Below are positions 19,186-29,125 of a stretch of DNA of 64,000 nt, one piece after another (the first letter of the stretch is position 1; every line of letters begins with the position of its first letter). The stretch is from Trueperaceae bacterium (lineage in GTDB: Bacteria; Deinococcota; Deinococci; Deinococcales; Trueperaceae), in the NCBI GenBank assembly GCA_965213925.1, contig OZ243927.1, positions 1,152,001 to 1,216,000 on the forward strand, written 5' to 3'. The translations under genes and the position numbers were made by a program. Below the pieces are notes generated by a model. It searched no databases, was not told where the DNA came from, and saw only the letters and a program-made list of their open reading frames with translations.

Positions 19186-19759
19186 CCAACCCGTAAAAGG
19201 TAGCGACCATAAAGGCGAGCAGGGCGTCGGCGCGACGACGGACCACTTAGAAATCTTCTTCCGCACCTTTACGCGCCCCGTCATCTACGTGCTCGTTCTC
19301 TTAGGCTTGCACCTCTTCTTGCGCGGTCACGGCTCGCCGGGGGGCGGCTTCATCGCGGGGCTCGTCATCGCGGTGGCGGCGCTTTTGTCGCGCATCGTGT
19401 TAGACCGCCCGCTCGTGCGCGGTGCGCCCAACGCCCTCATCCCGTGGGGATTACTTTTAGCCTTTGCGACGGGCGTCGTGCCGCTCTTTTTCGGCTTGCC
19501 CTTCCTGACGAGCGACTATGGCTACGTGACGTGGCCCCTCATCGGCGAGTTCGAGTGGGCGACGGCGGTGCTTTTTGACGCGGGCGTTTTCATGGTGGTG
19601 GTGGGCTCGACCTTGACGATTATCGAGCTGCTCGCGGGCAACACCGACGAAACCCTGAGCGATTACGGCGAGATGGACCCTGGGACGCTCGAGGCGCACC
19701 CCGACATGAAGGAGAGCGCCCAGTCTAGTCAGCAAAACGCGCCGGAAGGAACCAATTAG
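19178..19759 (+). CDS. mrpB: Mrp antiporter subunit B
   Basis: RGHGSPGGGFIAGL and LFDAGVFMVVVG; GTG 19178 overlaps the end of mrpA. Confidence 0.88.
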   Translation: MADQPVKGSDHKGEQGVGATTDHLEIFFRTFTRPVIYVLVLLGLHLFLRGHGSPGGGFIAGLVIAVAALLSRIVLDRPLVRGAPNALIPWGLLLAFATGVVPLFFGLPFLTSDYGYVTWPLIGEFEWATAVLFDAGVFMVVVGSTLTIIELLAGNTDETLSDYGEMDPGTLEAHPDMKESAQSSQQNAPEGTN

Positions 19760-20224
19760 ATGGAACTCCTCTTACCGCTGCTCGCCGCTGTTTTAGTCAG
19801 CACGGGCGTTTTTCTCGTCCTGTCGCGGGCGATGATTCGCCTCATTATTGGTCTTTCCTTGATTGCGTATGGCGTCAACATCAGCATCTTGCTGGTGACG
19901 GGCATGGAACTTAACGCGCCGCCCCTCTTGGGCGCAGGCGAGACCTACGTGGACCCCTTGCCCCAAGCGCTCATCCTGACGGCTATTGTGATCGGCTTCG
20001 GCACGACGGCGCTCCTCTTGGTCCTCTCGGTGCGCGCGTATCAAGCGACGAACACCGACCACGTGCAAGAACTCATTGACAAACCCGACCCCGTCAGACC
20101 GCAGCACGTCTACGCCGACCCCGAGCAGCCTTCGATTTCGCCCGAAACCACAAAGTCAGATTCGGGTAAAGCAGATTCGAACGAGCCCGCCTCCAAAGGC
20201 GAGATGGACGAGGCGGCAGATTGA
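19760..20224 (+). CDS. mrpC: Mrp antiporter subunit C
   Basis: DPLPQALILTAIVIGFG. Confidence 0.92.
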   Translation: MELLLPLLAAVLVSTGVFLVLSRAMIRLIIGLSLIAYGVNISILLVTGMELNAPPLLGAGETYVDPLPQALILTAIVIGFGTTALLLVLSVRAYQATNTDHVQELIDKPDPVRPQHVYADPEQPSISPETTKSDSGKADSNEPASKGEMDEAAD

Positions 20225-21775
20225 ACCTCGTTAGCCTCCCCATCCTCATCCCGCTGTTTTTAGGTATCGTGCTGCTCGTCGTTCAGGGGCACCGCGCGAG
20301 AACCGCCGTCGCCGTGCTCGGCAGCGCTGTGACGCTCGCGGTCAGCGTGCTCATCTTCATGCGTACCCTTTCAGGCGAGGTGCTCGTCTTGCAGATGGCG
20401 GACTGGCCCGCACCTTTTGGCATCTCCGTCGTGGCGGACGGGCTCACGGGCATTATGCTCGTGTTGTCGGGCACCGTGTCGCTCATCTGCGTGATTTTTG
20501 CAAGCTCGAGCTTCCAACACACCCCGAGGAGGGGGCAGACAGCGCTGCTGAACCGCGCCCGCGAATCCTTCGGCGCACACGCGCTCCTCCAATTCCTCTT
20601 TATGGGCGTCCACATGTCCTTCTTGACGGGCGATTTGTTCAACCTCTTCGTCTCGTTCGAGGTCATGCTCATCGCCTCGTACGGGCTCCTCATCATCGGG
20701 GGCGAGGTGGCGCAGCTCCGCGAAGGCTTCAAGTACGTCGTCATCAACCTCGTCGCCTCGGCGATTTTCGTCGTCGCGGCGGGCTTTTCGTACGGGCTCT
20801 TCGGCACGCTCAACATGGCGGACATCGCGCAGCGTTTGGAAGGGGTCACGGACCCGCGCGTGACCGTCGTCGCCCTTATGCTCGCGCTCGTCTTCGCGAC
20901 CAAAGCGGCGGTCTTTCCGCTCGGCTTCTGGCTGCCGTACAGCTACCCGGTGCCGCCGTCCGCCATCAGCGCCTACTTCGGCGCGATTTTGACCAAAGTC
21001 GGCGCGTACGCGCTCATTCGCGCCTTTACGCTCATGTTCCCTGAGCAGACGCTCCTGCAGAGCGTCCTCTTGGCGCTCGCGGCGGTGACGATGGTGGTGG
21101 GCGGCTTCGGCGCGATTTCGCAGCAGCGCTGGCGTTACCTCCTGTCGTTCGCGAATGTGGCGAGCGTCGGCTACATCGTGATGGGCACCTTTATCGGCAC
21201 CGAAGCCAGCGCTGAGCGCGACGCTCTACTACTTCATCAACTCGGTTTTAGTCATCTTCGCGCTCTTCTTGATCGCAGGTTTGAGTGAGAAGCTCGGCGG
21301 GCAGAACTACTACAGCGAGGGGCACTTGGCGTCGTACCCGTTTCTCGGCGCGGGCTTTTTCATCGGGGCGATTGCGCTGGCTGGCTTGCCGCCGCTGAGC
21401 GGTTTTATCGGCAAGTTCGGACTCGTGCAGGCGCTTTTAGCGGACGGCGGGGCGCTCAACGCTTGGGCGGTGGCGGCGGCGATGGTCTCGAGCTTCCTGC
21501 TGCTCTACGCCGGCTTATCCATCTGGCGCAACTTCTTTTGGGGTGAAAGCGACGCCGTGCACCGCGTGAGCTTGCCGAGGGGGATGTCCATTGCGACGGG
21601 TTCTGCGGTGAGCCTCATCGTCGTCCTGACGGTGCTGAGCGGTCCTGTTTATAACGCCACCGAGCGCGTCGCAGCGCAGCTCAGTAACAGCAGCGAATAC
21701 ATCACCGCTGTGCTGGGCGACGCAGACCAAGCAGGTAATGAACCGGCAGAACAAGCGGAGGCTAGAAGTGAATGA
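20221..21775 (+). pseudogene. mrpD: Mrp antiporter subunit D, frameshifted near 21208 (real lesion or sequencing error)
   Basis: TGDLFNLFVSFEVMLIASY in the first frame. Removing one base near 21208 gives ..GTEA-ALSATLYYFINSVLVIFALFLIAG, which joins ORF 21269-21775 (LAGLPPLSGFIGK). Confidence 0.85.
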
Positions 21776-22241
21776 CATTTTAGCAGTTGTCCTCATCACG
21801 CTCCTCTGGGTTTTTATCATCGGCGCAGGAACGGTGGAGTCCGCCCTCTTCAACCTGCTCGTCGGGCTCGTACTGGGTTTGCTCCTCATCAGCCTCGTTA
21901 GCAGCAACGAGCGCTCCTTCCCGCGCAAGCTCGTGGCGTTCGGGCGCTACGTGCTCTCCTTTATCAAGGAACTCGTCATCGCGAACCTCATTATCGCCAG
22001 GCTCACCTTGCAACCTCGCTCCGCGTTTAACACCAACGTCATCGCCGTACCGATCCGCTTAGAGAGCGACGCCGCCATTTCGCTCCTCTCCGCGACAATT
22101 ACCCTCTTACCTGGCACGGTGGCGATGGGCGTCTCGAACGACCGCAAACAGCTCTACGCGCACGCGATGGGCGCGAGTTTAGAGGACGCGAAAGAGAGCG
22201 TGACGAAGATGGAGACATTGATTATGGGGTTTATGAAGTAG
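21768..22241 (+). CDS. mrpE: Mrp antiporter subunit E
   Basis: ELVIANL and ITLLPGTV; GTG 21768. Confidence 0.88.
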   Translation: MNDILAVVLITLLWVFIIGAGTVESALFNLLVGLVLGLLLISLVSSNERSFPRKLVAFGRYVLSFIKELVIANLIIARLTLQPRSAFNTNVIAVPIRLESDAAISLLSATITLLPGTVAMGVSNDRKQLYAHAMGASLEDAKESVTKMETLIMGFMK

Positions 22242-22317
22242 CAGGTATCATCTGGTCATAGACGCTATGAGTAGAGAAGCCACCACGTAGCTCGTACGTT
22301 CAGAGATGAAGTCCCGC
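22241..22317. repeat. GCAGGTATC dispersed element, copy B, inside the mrp operon
   Basis: First 20 nt identical to 24285-24304; shares TTCAGAGATGA near the right end; colinear interior. Confidence 0.75.
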
Positions 22318-22431
22318 TCTCAAGCGAAGCTTAGCGGGATCGGTCTGCGAGCTGAGACCCTCGGCGTTGCCGAAATTTCATAAGCGTCATTCGAACTCGG
22401 TAGTACTAAAAATTGCTCTTGAAAGGAAACA

Positions 22432-22689
22432 ATGGTCTTTATCGCTTTGGTTTGTTTAATTATTTCCTTCGGTCTCGGCACCTACCGCGTCTTGAAGGGT
22501 CCCACCGTCGGCGACCGCATCGCCGCGTTCGACTTTTTAGCTGTGAACTTAGCGCTTCTGATCGTTGTGGTGGCGCTTAGGACGGGGTACTCGAGCCTCC
22601 TAGATGTCGCCCTGCTCGTCTCCATTTTAGGCTTTTTGGGCACCGTCGCCCTCGCCCGCTACCTGCTCTCGGGCAAGGTGATGAAATGA
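22432..22689 (+). CDS. mrpF: Mrp antiporter subunit F
   Basis: GPTVGDRIAAFD and GFLGTVALARY. Confidence 0.9.
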   Translation: MVFIALVCLIISFGLGTYRVLKGPTVGDRIAAFDFLAVNLALLIVVVALRTGYSSLLDVALLVSILGFLGTVALARYLLSGKVMK

Positions 22690-23138
22690 AGCGTGCCGCG
22701 CCTCTACTCACGGTTGCTCTAGTTCTCGCGTCGATGGGCTACGCCCAGTCTGAAACGACGATAGACCGGAGTGCGCCCTACTTCGTGTTCGACTTGCTCA
22801 CCCTCATCGGCAGCTTTTTCATCCTCGTGGGCGCGCTCGGCATGTTCCGCTTCCCCGACTTCTACACGCGCCTGCACGCCTCGACTAAAGTCGTAACGCT
22901 CGGCGGTTTCGGTATCTTTCTCGGCTCTGCATTTGTGTTCAACGACACCCTGGCGACGACGCGGCTGCTCCTCATCGCGATGTTCTTTCTGCTTACCGCG
23001 CCTCTGTCGGGCTATATGGTGGCGCGTTCGGGCTACTTGCACGGTCTCACCATCTACGAAGAGGAGAACAGTGTGGACGAATGGGACGCCTGCGGCAGCG
23101 AAGGGGCGGAGCCCTCGGAAGAGAACGTGAAGGCGTAA
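22686..23138 (+). CDS. mrpG: Mrp antiporter subunit G
   Basis: RFPDFYTRLHASTK and LLTAPLSGY. Confidence 0.9.
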   Translation: MKRAAPLLTVALVLASMGYAQSETTIDRSAPYFVFDLLTLIGSFFILVGALGMFRFPDFYTRLHASTKVVTLGGFGIFLGSAFVFNDTLATTRLLLIAMFFLLTAPLSGYMVARSGYLHGLTIYEEENSVDEWDACGSEGAEPSEENVKA

Positions 23139-23156
23139 GGTTGTAGGGTGACTTGC

Positions 23157-23188
23157 GGATGGACAGAGGAAACCTCTCCGTCCTTCTT
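23157..23188 (+). terminator. Probable terminator of the mrp operon
   Basis: GGATGGAcAGAGG-AAA-CCTCTCCGTCC followed by TTCTT. Confidence 0.5.
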
Positions 23189-23578
23189 AAAGAGGTAAGG
23201 GGTTTGGTTCGACTTCCAACCGCTCAACAGAAAATTATCCCGAACCACAACCCTGCCCGGCATAGAGTCGCCTCTCGTGGTGCATAGTTCGCTGTATAAA
23301 AGGTCTATTATGCGACTTCGCACGAGGTCACACCGACCTCACATTGGGCCCTTTTAGTAAAAAACTTCATAAAAACGCAAAATAATTACTGTAAAATTGT
23401 GTGAGAAAATCTATATGTACAACCGTCACGGGGTGAAGCGAAGTGTAAGAAAAAATGCGAAAAGTGCGGCGGGGGGCGAATTTGTCAACATTTCCCTGTG
23501 TACGAAAAAACTCTGATGTAAGATATTTAACGTGAAAAACGCCACACAGGGGGCGCATAGGTAAGGTAAACTTTCTCC

Positions 23579-24283
23579 ATGATGCAAGATTACCCAAGCT
23601 TAGTGTGGCACCTGAAAAACACGCAGCTCTTCGAAGACCTCTCCGAAGACGAACTCGAGGAACTCTCGCGGATTACCCCGTACAAGCGCTTTAAGACCGG
23701 TGACATCATCTACCACATGGAAGACCCCGCCGACGCGCTCTACTTCGTCCGCGAGGGCATGGTCAAAATCTCCATGTACTTCCCGAACGGTAAAGAGATG
23801 ATTTTAGCCTTGTTCGGCAAGTACGACACTTTCGGTGAACTCTTGCTCCTCCCCTCCGAGCGCCGCCCCAACCAAGCCGAAGCGGTCATGGACACCACGC
23901 TCATCGTTTTGCCCGAGAGCGACTTCCAGCGCCTCTTGCAGCAGCAGCCGCGCATCGCTATGAAGTTCATGCAGGTCATGTCCACGAACCTCTGGCAAGC
24001 GCAGACCCGCTTCGCAGAAGTCGGCGCGTTCGACGCACCGGGACGCTTAGCCAACTTGCTCCTCCGTTTGGCTCACGACTTCGGCTACGAAGGCGACCGT
24101 GGCACCGTCATCGACCTCAACCTCACCCAGCAAGACTTAGCCAAGATGATCGGCGCGACCCGCGAGACCGTCTCGCACTGCTTAGCCCGCCTCTTAGAAT
24201 ACGGCGCAGTTCGCCGCCGCCGTGCGCCAATTGCGGTGAATATGGATAAGTTACAGCAGTTCCTAGACGAAGCGAGTGAGTAA
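23579..24283 (+). CDS. Crp/Fnr family transcriptional regulator
   Basis: cNMP-binding fold (DTFGEL..RRPNQAEA) and HTH LTQQDLAKMIGATRETVS. Confidence 0.93.
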   Translation: MMQDYPSLVWHLKNTQLFEDLSEDELEELSRITPYKRFKTGDIIYHMEDPADALYFVREGMVKISMYFPNGKEMILALFGKYDTFGELLLLPSERRPNQAEAVMDTTLIVLPESDFQRLLQQQPRIAMKFMQVMSTNLWQAQTRFAEVGAFDAPGRLANLLLRLAHDFGYEGDRGTVIDLNLTQQDLAKMIGATRETVSHCLARLLEYGAVRRRRAPIAVNMDKLQQFLDEASE

Positions 24284-24284
24284 A

Positions 24285-24361
24285 GCAGGTATCATCTGGT
24301 CATAAACCCTCTATGTGTTCAAGCTACCAGATTAGCACGCACTTTCAGAGATGATTTCTGC
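24285..24361. repeat. GCAGGTATC dispersed element, copy C
   Basis: 77 bp; GCAGGTATCATCT ... AGATGATTTCTGC terminal inverted repeats (11/13). Confidence 0.75.
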
Positions 24362-24383
24362 GTGATACAAACTCAGTATCAAG

Positions 24384-24413
24384 GCGCATCTACTTCGGCA
24401 GATGCGCTTTTTT
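24384..24413 (+). terminator. Intrinsic terminator after the Crp/Fnr gene
   Basis: GCGCATCT-acttcggc-AGATGCGC followed by TTTTTT. Confidence 0.85.
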
Positions 24414-24470
24414 CGTATTTAGGGCTCGAGCCATGCTAAACTACTAAAAAGTGACCACTAAGGAGCCACC

Positions 24471-24728
24471 ATGCGTAAAGTAGGGATCAAAGAGTTCAGA
24501 GACAACGCCACGAAGCTACTTGCGGCTGGAGAAACCATGCTTATTGAACGGCATGGGCACCCTGTAGGCTACTTCATTCCGGTCAAGAAGAAAGACGAGG
24601 CGGAAATCGCGAAAGCTACAGCGCGCTTAGAAAGGGCTATTGAGCGTGCTATGGACGAGAGTGGCTTGACTGAAGATGATCTAGCTGACCTCTTCACGAT
24701 CAAACGGGATGATGAATTTAGTCGTTGA
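24471..24728 (+). CDS. Phd/YefM-type antitoxin
   Basis: MRKVGIKEFRDNATKLL..IERHGHPVGYFIP; AAGGAG SD. Confidence 0.82.
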   Translation: MRKVGIKEFRDNATKLLAAGETMLIERHGHPVGYFIPVKKKDEAEIAKATARLERAIERAMDESGLTEDDLADLFTIKRDDEFSR

Positions 24729-25143
24729 CGCCAATATTCTTGTTGGAGAACTCCTAAGAACGAAAGGTAGAAGGCTTATCGCGGATGAAAGGCTCGAGCT
24801 TTTCATCGCTGCGAAAGCGTGGGAAGAGGCTGAGTACGAACTTCGCAGACGTGTAGCTGTCATCGTCGAGCGAGGACAATTCTCCATAGACGCGGCTGCG
24901 GAGGTGCTCGAGTCTGCTACGATTTTGGCTGAAAAGCAGCTTGCTATATATCAAGAGATAGAATATAGCGTACTCAAGCAAGAGGCTCTAGCCCGCATCC
25001 CACGTGACCCTGACGACTGGCACTCGGTGGCACTCGCTCTAACGATGAAGGCTGACATTTGGACGCAGGATAAAGACTTTCTTGGCTGCGGTGTGGCGAC
25101 GTGGACGAGTGACACGCTTAGGGCGAAGTTAGGCATTACGTAG
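24709..25143 (+). CDS. PIN-domain toxin
   Basis: LVVDANIL, RDPDDWHSVALA and IWTQDKDF; overlaps the antitoxin. Confidence 0.85.
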   Translation: MMNLVVDANILVGELLRTKGRRLIADERLELFIAAKAWEEAEYELRRRVAVIVERGQFSIDAAAEVLESATILAEKQLAIYQEIEYSVLKQEALARIPRDPDDWHSVALALTMKADIWTQDKDFLGCGVATWTSDTLRAKLGIT

Positions 25144-25174
25144 CTGATGCGAATTTGGAGCGTGTCCTCGAATC

Positions 25175-25279
25175 ATGATCAAGCGCGAAGAAATCCAAGA
25201 GCGCATCGCTAAGATGGACGATGATATTTTGCCTGAGTTGCTCGAGTACGCAGACCGCCTCGAGGTATTAAACCGCTGA
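25175..25279 (+). pseudogene. 34-aa remnant resembling a DUF2281-type antitoxin N-terminus
   Basis: MIKREEIQERIAKMDDDILPELLEYADRLEVLNR; runs into the 3' end of the convergent gene. Confidence 0.35.
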
Positions 25280-25846
25280 CGCTTTCCTGCATTTTCCTAC
25301 AAAATTCACAATTGCCGTAGCAGCATCTTTTGCCAAGAGTGTTGAAACATCGAGATTGAATACATGTTCATGCGGTGGGTTGTAAACCTGTTCGTTTTCG
25401 TTACGGTACTTCGCTGCAACAGCATCGGTTGATTTATAGCGAGCTTTTCGGTCATCTCCTATGATTCTTGTAGTGATTTCCTCTGTATTACAAGCTAAAC
25501 GCACCACGACAAAAAGACTCGAGCGTAAGGTCGCAACTTCGAGTATCTGGTTATAAACTACGATGTGTTTTGGTCGTCCTGTAGAAGCGTTAGTGAAGAT
25601 GAAGCTGTACTCAAGAGGTGAAAGCGTTGCGATTGTTTCAAAGACAGCCGCGCGAACTTGTCTTACCCGGTGCCACACACCTGATGGCAAGGTGTTCTTT
25701 CCGTCTGTATGTATCACGCTAAAGATTGAATTGTTGATGCTGTGGTTGTCTACCAATTTCGCACCTGTCAAAGCAGCAAGCTCTTTGCCAATGGTGTATT
25801 TGCCAACCCCTTCGTGACCCAGAAGGTAGATGATGGTGTTTTCCAT
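25268..25846 (-). CDS. P-loop kinase-like protein (AAA_33/phosphotransferase-like)
   Basis: IIYLLGHEGVGKYT Walker A variant and LVDNH; AT-richer codons. Confidence 0.75.
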   Translation of the reverse strand: MENTIIYLLGHEGVGKYTIGKELAALTGAKLVDNHSINNSIFSVIHTDGKNTLPSGVWHRVRQVRAAVFETIATLSPLEYSFIFTNASTGRPKHIVVYNQILEVATLRSSLFVVVRLACNTEEITTRIIGDDRKARYKSTDAVAAKYRNENEQVYNPPHEHVFNLDVSTLLAKDAATAIVNFVGKCRKASAV

Positions 25847-25989
25847 GCGACCAGTGTACCTGTCTGTAGTACTGATCGGTCATTTCGGTGTAGCCTCTGA
25901 CGTGATTCAACTATACGCCGCAGGGAATATGAACTGTTTCCGCCAAGCAATTCTTGTCTTCTTTCTCTGCCATTACGTACAATACCTCT

Positions 25990-26226
25990 ATGAGCAATGA
26001 CTCGAGCCCTCTACTCAAGTGAATCACGGTCAACCCTGAATAGTGCGGTGGACGCCCCTGTATTAGAGAGATGCGTATCCGAGTGACCGACGTGCTCGAC
26101 TTGCTGACTGCTGGCTTGTTTTATGAGCAAGTCCTTGAAGAGCTACCCGACTCAGAAGCTGAGGACATCACCGCCTCGCTCATGTTCGTGTCGCGAAGGT
26201 TAGACCATCCCATACTCATCACGTGA
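25990..26226 (+). pseudogene. DUF433 antitoxin pseudogene with two nonsense codons
   Basis: MSNDSSPLLK*ITVNPE*CGGRPCIREMRIRVTDVLDLL..EDITASL..RRLDHP; stops TGA 26020 and TAG 26041. Not in the ORF track. Confidence 0.88.
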
Positions 26227-26294
26227 CCTTCTCACCTGCTCGAGCCTCCAAGAATTACCCCCTTCCTTTCAATCCCGAATGCTAGAATTAAAGG

Positions 26295-26570
26295 GTGCTG
26301 CAATTCGAGTGGGACCCGAGTAAAAATGATTCGAATGTCGAAAAGCACGAGGTAACGTTCAAAGAGGCAGCAACCGTTTTCGGCGATCCCCTTTCGTACA
26401 CGTTTGATGACCCCGACAACTCGGACGATGAGATGCGCTTTCTAACCTTTGGTCTCGCGTCTACAGGAAAATTGCTCGTTGTTGCTCACACTGAGCGCGG
26501 AGCAAAAGTTCGCATCATCAGCGCACGTGAACTCACGAAGCGAGAACGCAAACTCTATGAAGGAGGTTGA
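26295..26570 (+). CDS. brnT: BrnT family toxin
   Basis: FEWDPSKNDSNVEKH, VVAHTER and RIISAR. Confidence 0.9.
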   Translation: MLQFEWDPSKNDSNVEKHEVTFKEAATVFGDPLSYTFDDPDNSDDEMRFLTFGLASTGKLLVVAHTERGAKVRIISARELTKRERKLYEGG

Positions 26571-26571
26571 T

Positions 26572-26784
26572 ATGACGAAAGATGACTTACGTTCCGAATA
26601 TGATATCAGTGAACTCGGCAACGCGGTAAGAGGGAAGTACGCTGAGGCTTACAAGCAAGGTAGCAATCTGGTTTTACTAGATGAAGATATCGCTAGAGCG
26701 TTTCCAAATGAAAGAGCGGTCAATGACGCACTACGCTTACTTATGAATTTGGCGAAACAGCAGGCACAACTTCCTGATATTTAG
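26572..26784 (+). CDS. BrnA-like antitoxin
   Basis: [36 protein letters not shown] directly after brnT. Confidence 0.8.
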   Translation: MTKDDLRSEYDISELGNAVRGKYAEAYKQGSNLVLLDEDIARAFPNERAVNDALRLLMNLAKQQAQLPDI

Positions 26785-27752
26785 TCCGTCATTGAGTCCT
26801 CCCGCAACCACCTCACCTGCTCCAACCTCTGAAAACTCTCCCCACCCTCATGGTTGTTGTAAGGATAGACGCGAATATCCTTTTCGCCCGCGTAGTGGTT
26901 GTGCGCCGCAAAAACAGTCGAAGGTGGACAGGTGAGGTCCATCAGCGCAACGGAGAAGAGGGCTGGAGCGTTGGCTCGAGCCGCGAAGTTCACCCCATCA
27001 AAATAGCTGAGCGTCTGAAAAACAGTCTCAACCTTGTCTCGGTGGATTTTGCAGAAGTGCGCGATTTCAGCGTAGGGCGCGTTGTCGGTGATTTGGGTGG
27101 CGCGGCGGTAGTGGCATAAGAAGGGCACGTCGGGCATGACGGCGCTGACCTCTTGAACGAGTCCAGCGACGGCGAGTGAGACACCGCCTCCTTGACTCTG
27201 ACCTGTAACGATAAGTCGGTCTGCGTCAACCTCTTCGCGCTCTTTCACAGCGTCCAAGGCGCGTAATGCATCTACAATCAAACGGCGGTAGTAGTACGTG
27301 TGCGGGTCTAAAACCCCCAAGGTCATAAAACCGGGGTGGTGGGGGCTCGAGCTGTCAAACACGTCCGGCGTATCCCCTTGCCGCCACGCGCTCCCTTGAC
27401 CTCGCGTGTCCATGACGAAGTAGGCGTAGCCCATGCTCGCCCAGAAGAGCCAGTCCGCGGGGAAGCCGCGCCCGCCGCCGTAGCCGATGTATTCGGTGAT
27501 GCATGGAAGCGGCGTGTCACGCTGTTTCGGGAGTAGAAACCAGCCTCTGACGCGCTGCCCGCCGTAACCCGAAAAGGTCACGTCGAACGCCTCTACTGTA
27601 ACTAAGCCGTAATCTGCTGGCTCAAAAACCGCGTTAAGGTCGAACTGACGCGCCTCTTCCAATGAACGCTGCCAAAAGGAATCAAAGTCGTCCGGCTCTT
27701 GGCGCGGTGGCTTGTAGGTTCGGAGTTCTTCTAATGGGAGGTCGAAGCGCAT
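26781..27752 (-). CDS. Acetyl xylan esterase / cephalosporin-C deacetylase (CE7)
   Basis: [21 protein letters not shown] nucleophile motif, CPPSTVFAA and HE. Confidence 0.92.
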   Translation of the reverse strand: MRFDLPLEELRTYKPPRQEPDDFDSFWQRSLEEARQFDLNAVFEPADYGLVTVEAFDVTFSGYGGQRVRGWFLLPKQRDTPLPCITEYIGYGGGRGFPADWLFWASMGYAYFVMDTRGQGSAWRQGDTPDVFDSSSPHHPGFMTLGVLDPHTYYYRRLIVDALRALDAVKEREEVDADRLIVTGQSQGGGVSLAVAGLVQEVSAVMPDVPFLCHYRRATQITDNAPYAEIAHFCKIHRDKVETVFQTLSYFDGVNFAARANAPALFSVALMDLTCPPSTVFAAHNHYAGEKDIRVYPYNNHEGGESFQRLEQVRWLREDSMTD

Positions 27753-27819
27753 GGGGTCCTCGAGAGGGTCGTAATGACGCTAAGATAGCATTGCTCGAGC
27801 TTGAACGAAGCTGAACGCC

Positions 27820-29124
27820 TCATCCGCTCATCTGCCCTGGTAAGAACATCACGATGCCTGGAAAGAGCGTAATCAGCGCGGTGAGCCCCAACAAGATAAG
27901 AAAAAAGGGAAACGCGGCTTTCGCGACAAAGCCGATGGAGTGCTTGCTGATCCCTTGAATCACGAAGAGGTTGAACCCGACGGGCGGCGTAATCTGCGCC
28001 GTCTCGACCATCAAAACGAGAAAGATACCGAACCAGAGCGGTGAGAAGCCTGCCGTTTCGATTAGAGGTAAAGTGATGGGCAGCGTCACGACGATCATGG
28101 AAATGCCGTCCAAGAAGTAGCCCAAAATGATGTAGAAAATCACGAGTACCGCGATGAGCGCGTACGCGGCGAGGTCCAAACTAGCGATCCACTGCGCGAG
28201 TGCCCTGGGCAGTCCCAAAAATCCCATCGCCGTCGCCAATACCTGCGCTCCCGCGACGATAAAGCCGATCATGCACGTCGTCCTGACCGCGCCCAGCGTC
28301 GCGTCAATAAAGCCGCGCCACGTAAGCGTGCGGTAGGCGAGCGCTAAGAGGAGCGCGCCAAAAACGCCGATGGCGGCGGACTCTGTGGGCGTCGCCCAGC
28401 CGAGGTAGATGCTGCCCAAAACGGCGATGATGAGGAGCACGACGGGCAAGAGGTCTAAAAGACCACTCAGGCGCTGCTTCCAGGTGTAGTTTTCGCCCAA
28501 ATCGTCGGGCGTCATACCGGGGCGCATGACACTGACAACGGCGAGGTACGCCATGAAGCTGCCTGCGAGTAAAATGCCGGGGATGATGCCCGCGATGAAG
28601 AGCTGCCCGATGGAGACGCTCGCCAAGACCCCGTAGATGATCATGACCAGTGAAGGCGGAATCAGAAAGCCGAGCGTGCCCGCGCCGCCGAGCGAGCCAA
28701 GGGCTAAGCGGTCATCGTAGCCGCGCTCTTTGAGTTCGGGCACGGTAATTTTGCCAATCGTCGCTGCCGTTGCCGCCGATGAACCCGACACGGCGGCGAA
28801 AATCGCGCTCGCTACAACGTTGACGTGCAAAAGCCCGCCGGGGAGCTTGCCGAGCCAGGGTGAGAGCCCCTGAAACATCTTTTCTGAAATCTTCGTTTTG
28901 ATGAGCAGCTCGCCCATGAAGATGAAAAGAGGAAGCGCCACGAGCGCCCAGTTGTTGACGCTGTTCCAGCCAATCGAAGAGAGGATGTTGAGGGGCGGTG
29001 TCGGGGTGAAGAGGTAAATCGCAGACATCGCCATGAGAAAGAGCGACACGGCGACCCAGATGCTGAGCCCCAAGAGGATAAAGAGCAGCGGAACGATAAT
29101 CGCAGTGACGACGAGTAGGTCCAC
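27820..29124 (-). CDS. dctM: TRAP transporter large permease
   Basis: ALPLFIFMG, SGSSAAT, GTLGFLIPPS, TPTESAA and ITPPVGFNLFV. Confidence 0.93.
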   Translation of the reverse strand: MDLLVVTAIIVPLLFILLGLSIWVAVSLFLMAMSAIYLFTPTPPLNILSSIGWNSVNNWALVALPLFIFMGELLIKTKISEKMFQGLSPWLGKLPGGLLHVNVVASAIFAAVSGSSAATAATIGKITVPELKERGYDDRLALGSLGGAGTLGFLIPPSLVMIIYGVLASVSIGQLFIAGIIPGILLAGSFMAYLAVVSVMRPGMTPDDLGENYTWKQRLSGLLDLLPVVLLIIAVLGSIYLGWATPTESAAIGVFGALLLALAYRTLTWRGFIDATLGAVRTTCMIGFIVAGAQVLATAMGFLGLPRALAQWIASLDLAAYALIAVLVIFYIILGYFLDGISMIVVTLPITLPLIETAGFSPLWFGIFLVLMVETAQITPPVGFNLFVIQGISKHSIGFVAKAAFPFFLILLGLTALITLFPGIVMFLPGQMSG

Positions 29125-29125
29125 G

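Noticed and set aside
23200..23222. tRNA T-arm-like GGTTCGACTTCC
   Set aside because: No cloverleaf, acceptor stem or D-arm can be built around it.
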